Of a stretch of DNA of 64,000 nucleotides, positions 1-10,007 are shown piece after piece (position 1 is the stretch's first letter; every line of letters starts with the position of its first letter). The position numbers and the translations under genes were made by a program. The notes below the pieces were generated by a model that had not been told where the DNA came from, ran no database searches, and saw only the letters and a list, made by a program, of their open reading frames with translations. Where the stretch lies: IMG/VR virus record IMGVR_UViG_3300037067_014415, positions 21,692 to 85,691 of that record. One strand, written 5' to 3'. Source of the DNA: a virus (lineage: Duplodnaviria; Caudoviricetes).

Positions 1-30
1 TATTTTGACTAAACGAGTATAGGAGGGTTT

Positions 31-1737
31 ATGAATCCAGTTATTTTTCAATCAGGGAATCAGGCAAGTCAACATTATATACCGGGTGCGTATTCCCGTA
101 TAGATTACAGGAAAAGTGCCGGAGGGTTGTCCAGTATAAATAATGCAGTCATTATGGGGGATTGTGAGGGTGGAGAGCCTAATACGTTATTGTGGTTTTC
201 TTCATATTCCGAAGCAAAGGATTTGTTAAAGAGTGGAAATCTTTTAAAGGGGATTCAGCATGCATTTACACCTGGGTCAGGGTTTTCACCGCAGCAGATA
301 GCTGCTTGGCGTGTAAATCCCGGTTTACAGGCAAGTTATGCTTATTTAAAGACAGCAGATGAAGTTATTCAGGTAAATGCTGTTGATTATGGCATCTATG
401 GTAATTTGCTTAAAACAAAATTAGAGGATGGTTCTTTATATACAGGTAAAAAGTTAACTATTCAGTACGGTTCAGAAGAGCCGTATATAGTTGATAATAT
501 TATTAGGGCATCTTTATCAGTTGTATATAATGGGTCAGAGGCGACATGTGTAATGTCAATTACAGATACAAAATTGACAACAATAACAGCAATAGGCACA
601 CAGCAGCTTGATATAACATTTGCTTCATACCCCAATATACAGCAATTGGTTGCATATATTAATGACCAACCAGGATATGCATGTACAATATCATCACTTA
701 ATCCTCTTGTAGAGTTAAGCAGTCAGTTGGATAAAGTAACATCACAGAGTATAAAAACTACTCCTTATGTTGCTTATTCTGACGTACAGGCGCTAATTGA
801 GGCAATAAATTTATGTGTTTGGACAAAGAACCAAGCATCATATAATGCAACAACATCTGGAAGAACTATGCCGGACAATATTACAAGTTTTGTGTATTTT
901 ACAGGTGGTACAAGTGGAGCGTATACATCATCTGAATGGGCGGATAGTTTGGAACTATTAGAAAATGAGGATATACAGTTTATTGGAAGTACATGTGAAG
1001 ATGATTCTATACATAGTTTAATTCAGGAACATTGTGATTCTATGAACAGTGTTACTGGGAAAAAGGAAAGACAGTTTATTTTAGGTGGTGCTTCTGGAGA
1101 AGATGTTGATGATGTTGTAGCAAGAGCACAGGCACTTAATAGTGCTGCTGGATCATTGGTATACCCTGAATTTCAGGATTATGATGATACTGGTGCAGTT
1201 GTTTGGTTTAGTCCTGCCTATTATGCGTGTAAATTGATTGGTTTAGTAACCTGTTTAGCAATTCCAGAACCATTAACCTGTAAAGTGGTATCAGTTTTAG
1301 GGTTCTTGTCATTAACAACAACACAAATCACAGAATGTATTAAACATGGTGTTGCTGTCGGTGGAAAAGATGGAACTGGTAATTTTGTTACAAAAAGAAT
1401 GATTACAACATATCAGGGCAATGTGTTACAGATGAATGAGTTTAGTATTATGAGAGAAGCATTATATATTACACGGGATCTCCGTACAGCATATGAAACA
1501 TCATTTATTGGCAGGGCCATGACAAATAATCTGCTTGGTGATGTGGATGCAACATTTAATATCAAGATGAGCCAATATGCTGCATTAGGTATGTTTTACG
1601 GAAGTCCTGGGTATGATGGATATGTGAGAACGATATCAGGGGATCAAATTAGGATTGAATTTAACGCGAATTTGACAGCGCCAGTTAACTTCATATTTAT
1701 TACGAGTCATATGTCTATCGCAGCTGCGGTAGCTTAA
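31..1737 (+). CDS. contractile tail sheath protein
   Basis: 568 aa; N-terminal YIPGAYSRID and GDCEGGEPN, C-terminal sheath-type region; strong RBS; precedes tube-sized ORF. Confidence 0.9.
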   Translation: MNPVIFQSGNQASQHYIPGAYSRIDYRKSAGGLSSINNAVIMGDCEGGEPNTLLWFSSYSEAKDLLKSGNLLKGIQHAFTPGSGFSPQQIAAWRVNPGLQASYAYLKTADEVIQVNAVDYGIYGNLLKTKLEDGSLYTGKKLTIQYGSEEPYIVDNIIRASLSVVYNGSEATCVMSITDTKLTTITAIGTQQLDITFASYPNIQQLVAYINDQPGYACTISSLNPLVELSSQLDKVTSQSIKTTPYVAYSDVQALIEAINLCVWTKNQASYNATTSGRTMPDNITSFVYFTGGTSGAYTSSEWADSLELLENEDIQFIGSTCEDDSIHSLIQEHCDSMNSVTGKKERQFILGGASGEDVDDVVARAQALNSAAGSLVYPEFQDYDDTGAVVWFSPAYYACKLIGLVTCLAIPEPLTCKVVSVLGFLSLTTTQITECIKHGVAVGGKDGTGNFVTKRMITTYQGNVLQMNEFSIMREALYITRDLRTAYETSFIGRAMTNNLLGDVDATFNIKMSQYAALGMFYGSPGYDGYVRTISGDQIRIEFNANLTAPVNFIFITSHMSIAAAVA

Positions 1738-1750
1738 AGGAGTATATATT

Positions 1751-2209
1751 ATGCCATTAATTGCAGGGGGCGGTTTTGCTCAAATTAGGATATTAGACAC
1801 AGATGGTGTGTGGAAAGCATTTGGTATGTGTACAGGTGCTTCTTATGATGAAGATTATGGGGTACAGCCTGCTAATTGTATAGGAGTAGTTGGACCATTT
1901 TCATATGCATCACAAAATTATTCGTGTAGATTGTCGATTAGTGCTTATGTACCTGAAAGGTCATTGGCTAATACAATATTACCGGATGGTGGAGAGATTA
2001 CATTAAATGAGATTTTACCAACCAGGTCGCAAATTCAGTTGACAGGTGAAGGTAAGATGTTTGCAGGTGTGCAGTTTTATAATAAAGTCACAGGTCAAAC
2101 ATTTAATGAGTTTAAAGATGTAATTATATCTACGAATGGTAGCCAGATTCAGCCAAATTCATTTGTGACAAATAATATTGGTTTGATGGCTGTTGAAAGA
2201 ATAAAATAA
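1751..2209 (+). CDS. tail tube protein
   Basis: 152 aa beta-rich protein directly after the sheath gene. Confidence 0.8.
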   Translation: MPLIAGGGFAQIRILDTDGVWKAFGMCTGASYDEDYGVQPANCIGVVGPFSYASQNYSCRLSISAYVPERSLANTILPDGGEITLNEILPTRSQIQLTGEGKMFAGVQFYNKVTGQTFNEFKDVIISTNGSQIQPNSFVTNNIGLMAVERIK

Positions 2210-2228
2210 GAAATAAGAGGAGAAGGGT

Positions 2229-2669
2229 ATGCAGGATATTTTTGAAGATTTATTAAATAAAAAGGATATTAAAGAAGTAATTGAAACATCAAGAGGGAAT
2301 TTTACAATAAAGTTCCCTCTTGGTAAAGATTACCGTACAATACAGTTATTGCTATTAAATAGATTTCCCGGAGTGAATTTGAATCATATACAAGAAGCTG
2401 TTTTACATGAATATCAGATATATGCTGTTTTGGATACTGTGGTGGTTGATTCTCCAAAATTTTGGAAAAAATTAGAATCAGCAGAAGAATGTCCGGACAG
2501 TGATTTGGTTATGGAATTATACAGGGGGTATCTTCGGTTTCGTAAAGAAATACAGGACAGAATACAATCAAGTAGTCCAGGAGCCGGAAAAGACAATCGA
2601 ACAGATGAATCTGCGGATAAAAAAGAAACTATGGATAATGGAGCATTACAGAAAGCTTCCGACAAGTAA
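2229..2669 (+). CDS. tail assembly chaperone (gpG-like)
   Basis: position between tube and tape measure genes; overlaps a +1-frame ORF. Confidence 0.7.
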   Translation: MQDIFEDLLNKKDIKEVIETSRGNFTIKFPLGKDYRTIQLLLLNRFPGVNLNHIQEAVLHEYQIYAVLDTVVVDSPKFWKKLESAEECPDSDLVMELYRGYLRFRKEIQDRIQSSSPGAGKDNRTDESADKKETMDNGALQKASDK

Positions 2670-2877
2670 AGAAATATTAGAGTTAAGTGATGAGCAAATA
2701 GACATTATGTTTGCTTATTACTTAACTAAACCAGAAGATGAGAATATAAAAAAAGCATATTTGGAATTAGTAAAGCAGGAAGAGAAGATAACTAATTTTC
2801 CTGTCGATGATTTCAAAGGTATGGGTTATACGGATGAAGAAATTGAACAAATTAAGAAGGATATGTTAATTGGCTGA
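2539..2877 (+). CDS. tail assembly chaperone downstream part (gpT-like), possibly reached by +1 frameshift
   Basis: LWIMEHYRKLPT motif; start uncertain (shift at 2538-2541 or ATG 2605 without a close RBS). Confidence 0.55.
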   Translation, partial: FVKKYRTEYNQVVQEPEKTIEQMNLRIKKKLWIMEHYRKLPTSKEILELSDEQIDIMFAYYLTKPEDENIKKAYLELVKQEEKITNFPVDDFKGMGYTDEEIEQIKKDMLIG

Positions 2878-4801
2878 TATAGGGATTCGATTAAATGTAA
2901 CTGAAACTGCTTCACAGGTTGGACCGCGAGTAAACGATGTGCTTCGTGGAATTGGTGCAACAGGTGAGGCAGTCGGTGAACAAATACAAAAATCTTTTGA
3001 TATGACTCAAATCGAGGGGCAATTCTCTAAATTTGCCAAACAGGTGGAACAGCTACATGAAGTAAAGTATGGAAAAGAAAAAGAGCTTAAAATACGCGCT
3101 ATGGAACTACGTAATGAAGCTATGGAAAGGAAAGCAAATGAAGTTGAAAAAAATGCTGCTATAAAAGATAAAACGGGTGCTTATGGTGTACAAAATGCAG
3201 GTGGTGTGATTAATCGTGCTGGAAACAATATTGCTTCTTTGGGTAGTACTGGTAATTTAATGGAACCAGGCACGGATGTAATGACACAAATTGGTAGTTC
3301 TGTGTCAAAGGCAGGTGCTACTGGAATGGTTATTGGAGGGGTTATATCTGCATTTGCTGGCATTGGTATAGTGGTGGATACATTATCAAAACAGTATGAG
3401 CAGTTTATTCCAACATTAATGGATACTTCTGCTGCTATGGGTGATTTAGGAAAGTCGTCAAAAGAAAATTCCCTTGCATTACAGCAGAATTTGAATAAGG
3501 CAAGTAATGCTGCTGGCAAGTTTGGGTACACTTTAGAAGAAAGCATGAATATGTATTCTGCTATTTCAAAAGGTGGCTTGTCTAGTACAGAATCAAATAA
3601 TCGTGTTTTGAATGCTATGAGTTATGGAAGGGGATTTGGAGTTAATCCAAATAATTTAATGGGGACACAGATATTAGCAGGACGGTATAATCAAGGTAAT
3701 GTGTTAGGTATGACGGCTGGTGGATTAAGCGCATCTGGAATGGAAGCTGGCAGATTTGAAGAATATTTAACGGCCATGACTGGGACGTTTGAAAGTGCGT
3801 TATCATCTGGAATAGTGAAAGGGTTTGGAGAGATAAGTCAAACTATGAACTTTTTTTCGGGTATTGGTGAGACATGGAAAGGGCAGTTAGGGGCAAATAG
3901 AATCAATCAATTAAGTGGATCAGTATCCAGTGCAACAGGATTGCAAAAAGAAACAGACGTTTTGATGTATCGGGCAGCGCAAAGTTTACCTAAAGGAAAA
4001 GGTGATTACATCAATACTATGTTAGAATTGGAAAAAGGTATGACACCTGAAATGTTTATGGCATTTGGAAAACAGGCAGAGATGACAACAGGTGGTGGTC
4101 GTACAGACATGGTAGAGATGTTTAAAGAGGCATTTAATAGTAATTATCGAACTGCTGTTGATTTGGTGGATGCTTATATGAATGATGCATTAACCCCTAG
4201 CTTATTAGAAAAAGCAGCACCAACAGCGGATTCTCCTGAAATGCAGTTAGCGAGTGAGCAGAATGCACTAAGATTGCAGGTGATTGAATTAGGAAAGAGT
4301 TTGTTAAATACAAAATTAGGAATTGTGTTTGCTGCAGGAGATGTGGTAAGTGCAATTGATAAATGGATTGGAATTGACATAAAAGAACAAGAAAAGAATT
4401 TAAATCGAGAAATAAAATTAAAAGAAATAACAGAAAAGATAACTCCATTTAATGCTGATATTAGAGACAAGATGACCATGGTTGATGAAAAAGGAAATCC
4501 AGTAAGTACAAGTGATTTGTTAAAAGGGATGTCTGAAAAAATCACTGGTAGTAAATCTGGAAAAAGCACTGGTAGTAAAACCGACAATATAAAAAATAAG
4601 TCAATGAGTATGGAATTTATAGGAGTTGTTGGGCTTGAAGGTGCTACTGTAGATCCAAAATTTGCAACAAAGAATGATACTGTAAAAATAGAAACGGTAA
4701 ATTTAATAAAAGCAATTGAAAATAATACAAAGGCACTTCTTTCACCAACAACCATCACAACATATGATAATACACCAATACAAATTGGAGGACGTAAATG
4801 A
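2870..4801 (+). CDS. tape measure protein
   Basis: 643 aa, Ala/Gly-rich helical, TTG start, follows the chaperones. Confidence 0.8.
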   Translation: MADIGIRLNVTETASQVGPRVNDVLRGIGATGEAVGEQIQKSFDMTQIEGQFSKFAKQVEQLHEVKYGKEKELKIRAMELRNEAMERKANEVEKNAAIKDKTGAYGVQNAGGVINRAGNNIASLGSTGNLMEPGTDVMTQIGSSVSKAGATGMVIGGVISAFAGIGIVVDTLSKQYEQFIPTLMDTSAAMGDLGKSSKENSLALQQNLNKASNAAGKFGYTLEESMNMYSAISKGGLSSTESNNRVLNAMSYGRGFGVNPNNLMGTQILAGRYNQGNVLGMTAGGLSASGMEAGRFEEYLTAMTGTFESALSSGIVKGFGEISQTMNFFSGIGETWKGQLGANRINQLSGSVSSATGLQKETDVLMYRAAQSLPKGKGDYINTMLELEKGMTPEMFMAFGKQAEMTTGGGRTDMVEMFKEAFNSNYRTAVDLVDAYMNDALTPSLLEKAAPTADSPEMQLASEQNALRLQVIELGKSLLNTKLGIVFAAGDVVSAIDKWIGIDIKEQEKNLNREIKLKEITEKITPFNADIRDKMTMVDEKGNPVSTSDLLKGMSEKITGSKSGKSTGSKTDNIKNKSMSMEFIGVVGLEGATVDPKFATKNDTVKIETVNLIKAIENNTKALLSPTTITTYDNTPIQIGGRK

Positions 4802-6198
4802 TAGAAAAGTACACACGTACTCCATATTTTGAGATAGAGGTAAGAAGACCCCGTTACAATATTGCGACATATCGTGATGATTTGATTGTTGTTTTTGGAG
4901 TGTCTAATAGCAAGGGAATGTCTACTGCATGTATTGCATACTCATTTAATGAAAGTTTGAGCAGCCCAGACACTGACTTTTCTATAACATTGACGTTAGA
5001 AAAAGATTTAAATGGAAATACCTGGTATGATAAAATTAAGGTGAGGGATTTAGTTTTTATCAAAACACATGGTAGTACTAAATTTGTTGGATATGTTACA
5101 GATAGACGATTGTCCGCTAGAATGGCAGAAGGTCCACAAAGAGAAATAACAATATCTGGTAAAAATTTATGTGGATTATTGATAAATTTTTCTATTATTT
5201 TGGATCAGCATATTTTGTCTGCTAGTACAACGGCACAGTCAGCATCAAAGCAGTTTATGGCTGACGTTGCGGGAAAAGTAGAAGTTAATCAAACATTATC
5301 TGAATTAATGAAAAAAATTGTAGTGTCTTATTTTAATTTGATGGATGAAATTGGCGGAACACAAAACATAGGAATAAGACAAATAATTGAACATTTTTTT
5401 GATTATACTTCTAAATTTTCAAACAGGATTGTAGCTAAGTATCCGATGGCAATCTCCCTGTATCAGACTGGAGAAAATAGTTTATGGGAAGTCTTACAGT
5501 CTATGATAACACCACCGTTTCATGAATTTTTCTGTAAATGGGATAGTGTAAATAGTAAGTATCAAGTGAATCTTAGACCAACTCCTTTTGATGCTGTTGA
5601 TTGGAAAAATTTATCAATTACATATATTCCAGAAAATATACCTGCTCTATTAGTACAAGATTATTCTATTGGTGATTCTGATAGTGAAACAAAGACTTTT
5701 TTTGGTACTTTTCTTCCAGGTAGTGCGTATAGTAAGGAAAAAGTTTTAACATTGGAAGATTTTGCATACACTGTAAAAAAAGATTATGAAAAATGGCCAT
5801 ATTATGGGTACAAACCATTATTTGTAGAAATGCAGTATTATAACAGAAATCCTGCAAATGATGTGTCATTTACAGGTGCTGCATCTTTAATGAACGTATT
5901 AAGCACACAATTGTTTGATTGGTTTAAAAATAATGCTTTGTTTTTAACAGGTTCTATAACTATTATGGATGTTAAAAATGCGGATTATACATACTACCCT
6001 AATATTGGAGAGAGAATAGGGTTTTTAGGTGGAGAATTTTATATTGAGGATGTACAAAGAAGTTGGCGGTATGGTGGGTCAATGACAGCAACATTAGGAA
6101 TATCACGAGGATTTACATATAATAAAGATGGCAGTCAAATGCAACCAATAGAAAATGTAGGTCAAAAATTAGGAATGTTGGAGGTGGTTAATGGCTAA
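4798..6198 (+). CDS. baseplate hub protein (gp27-like)
   Basis: 466 aa between tape measure and spike; C-terminal YYPNIGERI...FYIEDVQRSW hub-type pattern. Confidence 0.65.
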   Translation: MIEKYTRTPYFEIEVRRPRYNIATYRDDLIVVFGVSNSKGMSTACIAYSFNESLSSPDTDFSITLTLEKDLNGNTWYDKIKVRDLVFIKTHGSTKFVGYVTDRRLSARMAEGPQREITISGKNLCGLLINFSIILDQHILSASTTAQSASKQFMADVAGKVEVNQTLSELMKKIVVSYFNLMDEIGGTQNIGIRQIIEHFFDYTSKFSNRIVAKYPMAISLYQTGENSLWEVLQSMITPPFHEFFCKWDSVNSKYQVNLRPTPFDAVDWKNLSITYIPENIPALLVQDYSIGDSDSETKTFFGTFLPGSAYSKEKVLTLEDFAYTVKKDYEKWPYYGYKPLFVEMQYYNRNPANDVSFTGAASLMNVLSTQLFDWFKNNALFLTGSITIMDVKNADYTYYPNIGERIGFLGGEFYIEDVQRSWRYGGSMTATLGISRGFTYNKDGSQMQPIENVGQKLGMLEVVNG

Positions 6199-6859
6199 TA
6201 TAAAAATCATTCGAGGTGCAAAGCCATCATCAATAGACCAGAATATTTTAAAAAAAGCGGATAAACGATTAGACAGGTCTTCTTTTGGAGAGTTAGGAAA
6301 TATTCCGCCTATTTGGGGGAAAGTAGTTCAAGTGTCTGGTAAAAATCATGTGGATGTGGAATTGACCAATGGTTTAAGGTTAGTGTATGTGCCTGTGAGA
6401 AGTGAGCGATGGGTGAAAAAAGTAAGCAGTGAATCCACAGGACATAAAGATATACCTGGTGTTGGAAGTAAAGTATTACTTGTGTTCCCAGATGGAATTA
6501 TTGAGAATGCATTAATATTGTGTTCTGGTTTTGATTCCTTAGATGATAGTCAAAAAGAAGTGTTGTTAAAAGATGATGAACGTGAATTGGAAATTGATAT
6601 AGATGAATTTGGATGGAAAATAACAAAGGATAAAGAGACCGGTGAAATCACAATTGAAAGTCCGGATGACACATATAAAGTTACAATAAGTATAGATATC
6701 GCAGGAAAGGAAATTAATATAAACCAGGATTTTACCGGTTCGGAGAATGATGTTATGATGGATGCTAATGGAATAAATATATCTGACAAAAACGGAAATA
6801 CAATTGAAATGTCTTCTACTAGTATTTTGATGAATAATAATTTGGAGATTTTAAGATAA
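6191..6859 (+). CDS. baseplate central spike (gpV/gp5 OB-fold type)
   Basis: WGKVVQV...VDVEL...P.VGSKVLLVF OB-fold pattern, short beta-repeat C-terminus. Confidence 0.7.
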   Translation: MANIKIIRGAKPSSIDQNILKKADKRLDRSSFGELGNIPPIWGKVVQVSGKNHVDVELTNGLRLVYVPVRSERWVKKVSSESTGHKDIPGVGSKVLLVFPDGIIENALILCSGFDSLDDSQKEVLLKDDERELEIDIDEFGWKITKDKETGEITIESPDDTYKVTISIDIAGKEININQDFTGSENDVMMDANGINISDKNGNTIEMSSTSILMNNNLEILR

Positions 6860-7230
6860 TGGAAAACTTATTTACACAAAATGGAAGTATAGAACATTCG
6901 GTAGGGTCTACGGTGAGTGGTGGGGTGTTTACAATAGCATCATTGGCATCGACAAAGGTAAAGGCTGTTAATGGTTTTGTGTATGTTGGAACGATTAATA
7001 TTTCGTTTGTTGGTGGTAATATGGCTGGAATGGTGCCAGGAAGTGTGAGTGGATCGGGAACAATAACGGCCACTTCGATGGTAGTTAAGCTGGGAGTTAA
7101 CTTTGCATTACGTGATGAAGATGCTGGTCAATTAGTGGGTACGGGCACACCTGTTGCAGGTCCTCCACCAGTGCCTGTGACAATACCATGCAAATGTGTG
7201 GATAATCAAAGCAAGGTGAAAGGGAATTAA
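6859..7230 (+). CDS. spike tip protein (PAAR-like)
   Basis: 123 aa Gly-rich beta protein directly after the spike; no literal PAAR motif. Confidence 0.5.
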   Translation: MENLFTQNGSIEHSVGSTVSGGVFTIASLASTKVKAVNGFVYVGTINISFVGGNMAGMVPGSVSGSGTITATSMVVKLGVNFALRDEDAGQLVGTGTPVAGPPPVPVTIPCKCVDNQSKVKGN

Positions 7231-8909
7231 TGTATAATCCAAATTTATATTTAAAGTCCATCCTATTCGAAATTGTCAATAAAAAGAATCCTTCTATTGC
7301 AGAGGATGCTTTTACACTAACAATCCCACCTGAAAGCTTTGAAATTGTACAAAGTCAAAGAATTACCCGGACAAATACTTTTGGTGGTGTGTTTGAAGAT
7401 GATTATGGATTAGGTACTGCAAAAATTACGATTTCAGGCAATACTGGTAATTCAGAACTACGATCTACTTTTATTCCTGGTAAAGGATCTCCACAACAAT
7501 ATACAGGACAGCAGGCAATACAAGCCATTCGAGACAAGATTATAAGGTACAAAGTTAATTATGAAAGCAGGGGATTGGAAAATTTTGAGATAAGAATGTA
7601 TGATTTATCATCTGTAACAATTGATATTTTGAGTAATATTAATGTTGCTGCTGGGGATGCATGGATAGTGTCATTAGATGATTGTAAGATATCAAAAAGT
7701 AAAGAAAAGCCATTATGGTATTCTTATTCTTTAGAAATTTTAGGAATAAAACCACTTGGTGTTTATCGAAAGGAAAAGCCTGCTACTGAAAAGGAACCGT
7801 CTCCATTTGCAGAACCGTATCCGGATGTGTATGAGAATGTTGCTTTAGAGCTTAATCAAGCTGCGGTAAAAGTAAAGGTTACAAAAGACTGGTTAAAGGA
7901 TGGAATGGGCAGTCTTAAACGATGTTTGAATGCAGTAAGTGGTGCTTTTGCCTGGGGGCAGAATCTAATGAACAGTATAAATAATGTATTTGAGCTGATA
8001 TCTGATTTAGAGAACCAGGTAGAAGAATATGTACATGCTGCTGGGAATATTGTGACTACTGGGTTTGGTGTGTATAAAAGACTGTTTGAAGTTGCCAAAT
8101 TTCCTGGTGCTGTTGCAAAGGCTGTTATGCAGGAAACTGTAAGTGTTATGAATGAGTTAAAAGACACTGTTGAATACTCGGCAGCAATTACAGCATCTTT
8201 AGGTGATGATTATCTACAGATTGCACAATTAGCAAATGAAACACAGCGTATAGCAGCACAAATTGTGGCATTTGGAAAATCCAGTAATGTTGATACTGAA
8301 ATTACAATAAATGTAAACGGGACAGATATAACTATTTATGGTATTAGGAGTTATACAGTTTCAGATGGTGAAACATTAGAGCAAATAGGAATTAATCAAT
8401 ATGGTGATCCTTCTTTGAGTACATTGTTACTAATGTTTAACGGTGTATCAAATGATGATTTATATGCTGGTATGATTATTCAACTACCACAAACAGTAAG
8501 AAGTAGTTTAAATGAAGATAATGAAATTTATGCTTTAGACCGGTCAAATCAGTTTGGAGTTGATGCAAGAGTGGATGTTAATGGAAAGATTGTTTTTTCT
8601 GAAAATAGTGATTTTGCAACAGTGTCCGGTGAAAAAAACATGACACAGGCAATCAACCTAAGATTAAATGAGTCATTAGGAAAAAGATTGTACTTAACTA
8701 CGTATGGGTTAGCAACGAGTGTAGGGAATGCAAAAAGCAGCACCGCACCTATGGCATATATAACGACAAACATACTTGACACGTTAAAACAAGATCCACG
8801 TATTCAAAGTGTGGATAATATACGGGTAAATGGAGAAAATGATGTGATTAATGTATCACTTAACATACATACAATTGTAGGGCAGTTGTCATATAAAGGA
8901 GTGATTTAA
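7230..8909 (+). CDS. baseplate protein: tube-initiator-like N-terminus, LysM, gp25-like C-terminus
   Basis: YTVSDGETLEQIGINQYGD LysM motif; TLKQDPRIQSVDNI gp25-type motif. Confidence 0.65.
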   Translation: MYNPNLYLKSILFEIVNKKNPSIAEDAFTLTIPPESFEIVQSQRITRTNTFGGVFEDDYGLGTAKITISGNTGNSELRSTFIPGKGSPQQYTGQQAIQAIRDKIIRYKVNYESRGLENFEIRMYDLSSVTIDILSNINVAAGDAWIVSLDDCKISKSKEKPLWYSYSLEILGIKPLGVYRKEKPATEKEPSPFAEPYPDVYENVALELNQAAVKVKVTKDWLKDGMGSLKRCLNAVSGAFAWGQNLMNSINNVFELISDLENQVEEYVHAAGNIVTTGFGVYKRLFEVAKFPGAVAKAVMQETVSVMNELKDTVEYSAAITASLGDDYLQIAQLANETQRIAAQIVAFGKSSNVDTEITINVNGTDITIYGIRSYTVSDGETLEQIGINQYGDPSLSTLLLMFNGVSNDDLYAGMIIQLPQTVRSSLNEDNEIYALDRSNQFGVDARVDVNGKIVFSENSDFATVSGEKNMTQAINLRLNESLGKRLYLTTYGLATSVGNAKSSTAPMAYITTNILDTLKQDPRIQSVDNIRVNGENDVINVSLNIHTIVGQLSYKGVI

Positions 8910-9997
8910 TGTCATTATTTAGTGAAAAGACATATAGAGCAATTTATGCAGATTTAACTGATTGGATAATTGCTAATCAGGATAAAATAACAGACTTTAA
9001 TGAGGGTGGTGTTCTTACTTCATTTTGTGAGGCAACAGCAAGGGGAATAGAAGAAGTCTATTTGAGAGGAAAAATAGGGTTTATAAAATATTTACCAGAG
9101 TTGCCTTTTTATGCATTTGGTTTTTCAAAACAGACAGGTACAAAAAGTGCTGGTGAAGTTGTGTTTTCTAGAGATGTGGCAACAACAGATGAGATAACAA
9201 TCACATCTGGAACAATAGTGTCTACCCCGTCTGGATTATTGTTTGTGACAACAGAAACAGGGACTATTGCATCTGGGGGAACAGACAGTAATGCAGTGAG
9301 TGTGGAAGCACAATCAGTGGGAAGTGAATATAATGTACTTGCTGATAATATTACAATAATCACAACTCCTGTAATAGGAGTTAATTCTGTTACAAATACA
9401 GCAGCGTCCACAAATGGATTAAACGAGGAAACAAGTGTTGATTTTGAAAAAAGGTTTAAGGAATATGTTTTAGGACTAGCAAAAGGTAATGGGTATGGAA
9501 TAAAGTCTGGCGCAATGACCATAAATAACGTTAGGTCTGTAAGTGTGGTAGAACATTTTCCGCCGTTAACAGGATTATATAATTTTTCTGTATATATTGA
9601 TGATGGTGCTGGGAATGCATCGGCAGAATTAATTGCAGAAGTAGAAGCAGTTTTATTGGGTGATGGAACTACTGTAGTGCCTGGTTATAAATCAGTTGGG
9701 GTTAACATGCGGGTTTTGGCACCAACTAAAGTGACAATTGATATTGATATAGCAATTACAGATGATGGTAATTATGATAGAGCAGTTTTGTCTGTAAGTA
9801 TTGAAACAGCCATATCTGACTACATTAATAATTTACAACTTGGTGAAGATGTTATATGGAATGAAATAAGTACAGCAGTTATGAGTGTTCCAGGTGTGTA
9901 TGACCTGGTATTAACTACTCCGGCAGCTAATACAACTATAAGTAGTGTACAGATTGCAAGAACAGGTACAGTAACAATTGGTTATTATGTACCATAA
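8909..9997 (+). CDS. baseplate J-like wedge protein
   Basis: ITDFNEGGV, GLNEETSVDFEKRF, PGVYDL baseplate-J patterns; 362 aa. Confidence 0.85.
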   Translation: MSLFSEKTYRAIYADLTDWIIANQDKITDFNEGGVLTSFCEATARGIEEVYLRGKIGFIKYLPELPFYAFGFSKQTGTKSAGEVVFSRDVATTDEITITSGTIVSTPSGLLFVTTETGTIASGGTDSNAVSVEAQSVGSEYNVLADNITIITTPVIGVNSVTNTAASTNGLNEETSVDFEKRFKEYVLGLAKGNGYGIKSGAMTINNVRSVSVVEHFPPLTGLYNFSVYIDDGAGNASAELIAEVEAVLLGDGTTVVPGYKSVGVNMRVLAPTKVTIDIDIAITDDGNYDRAVLSVSIETAISDYINNLQLGEDVIWNEISTAVMSVPGVYDLVLTTPAANTTISSVQIARTGTVTIGYYVP

Positions 9998-10007
9998 AGG
10001 ATAACAA

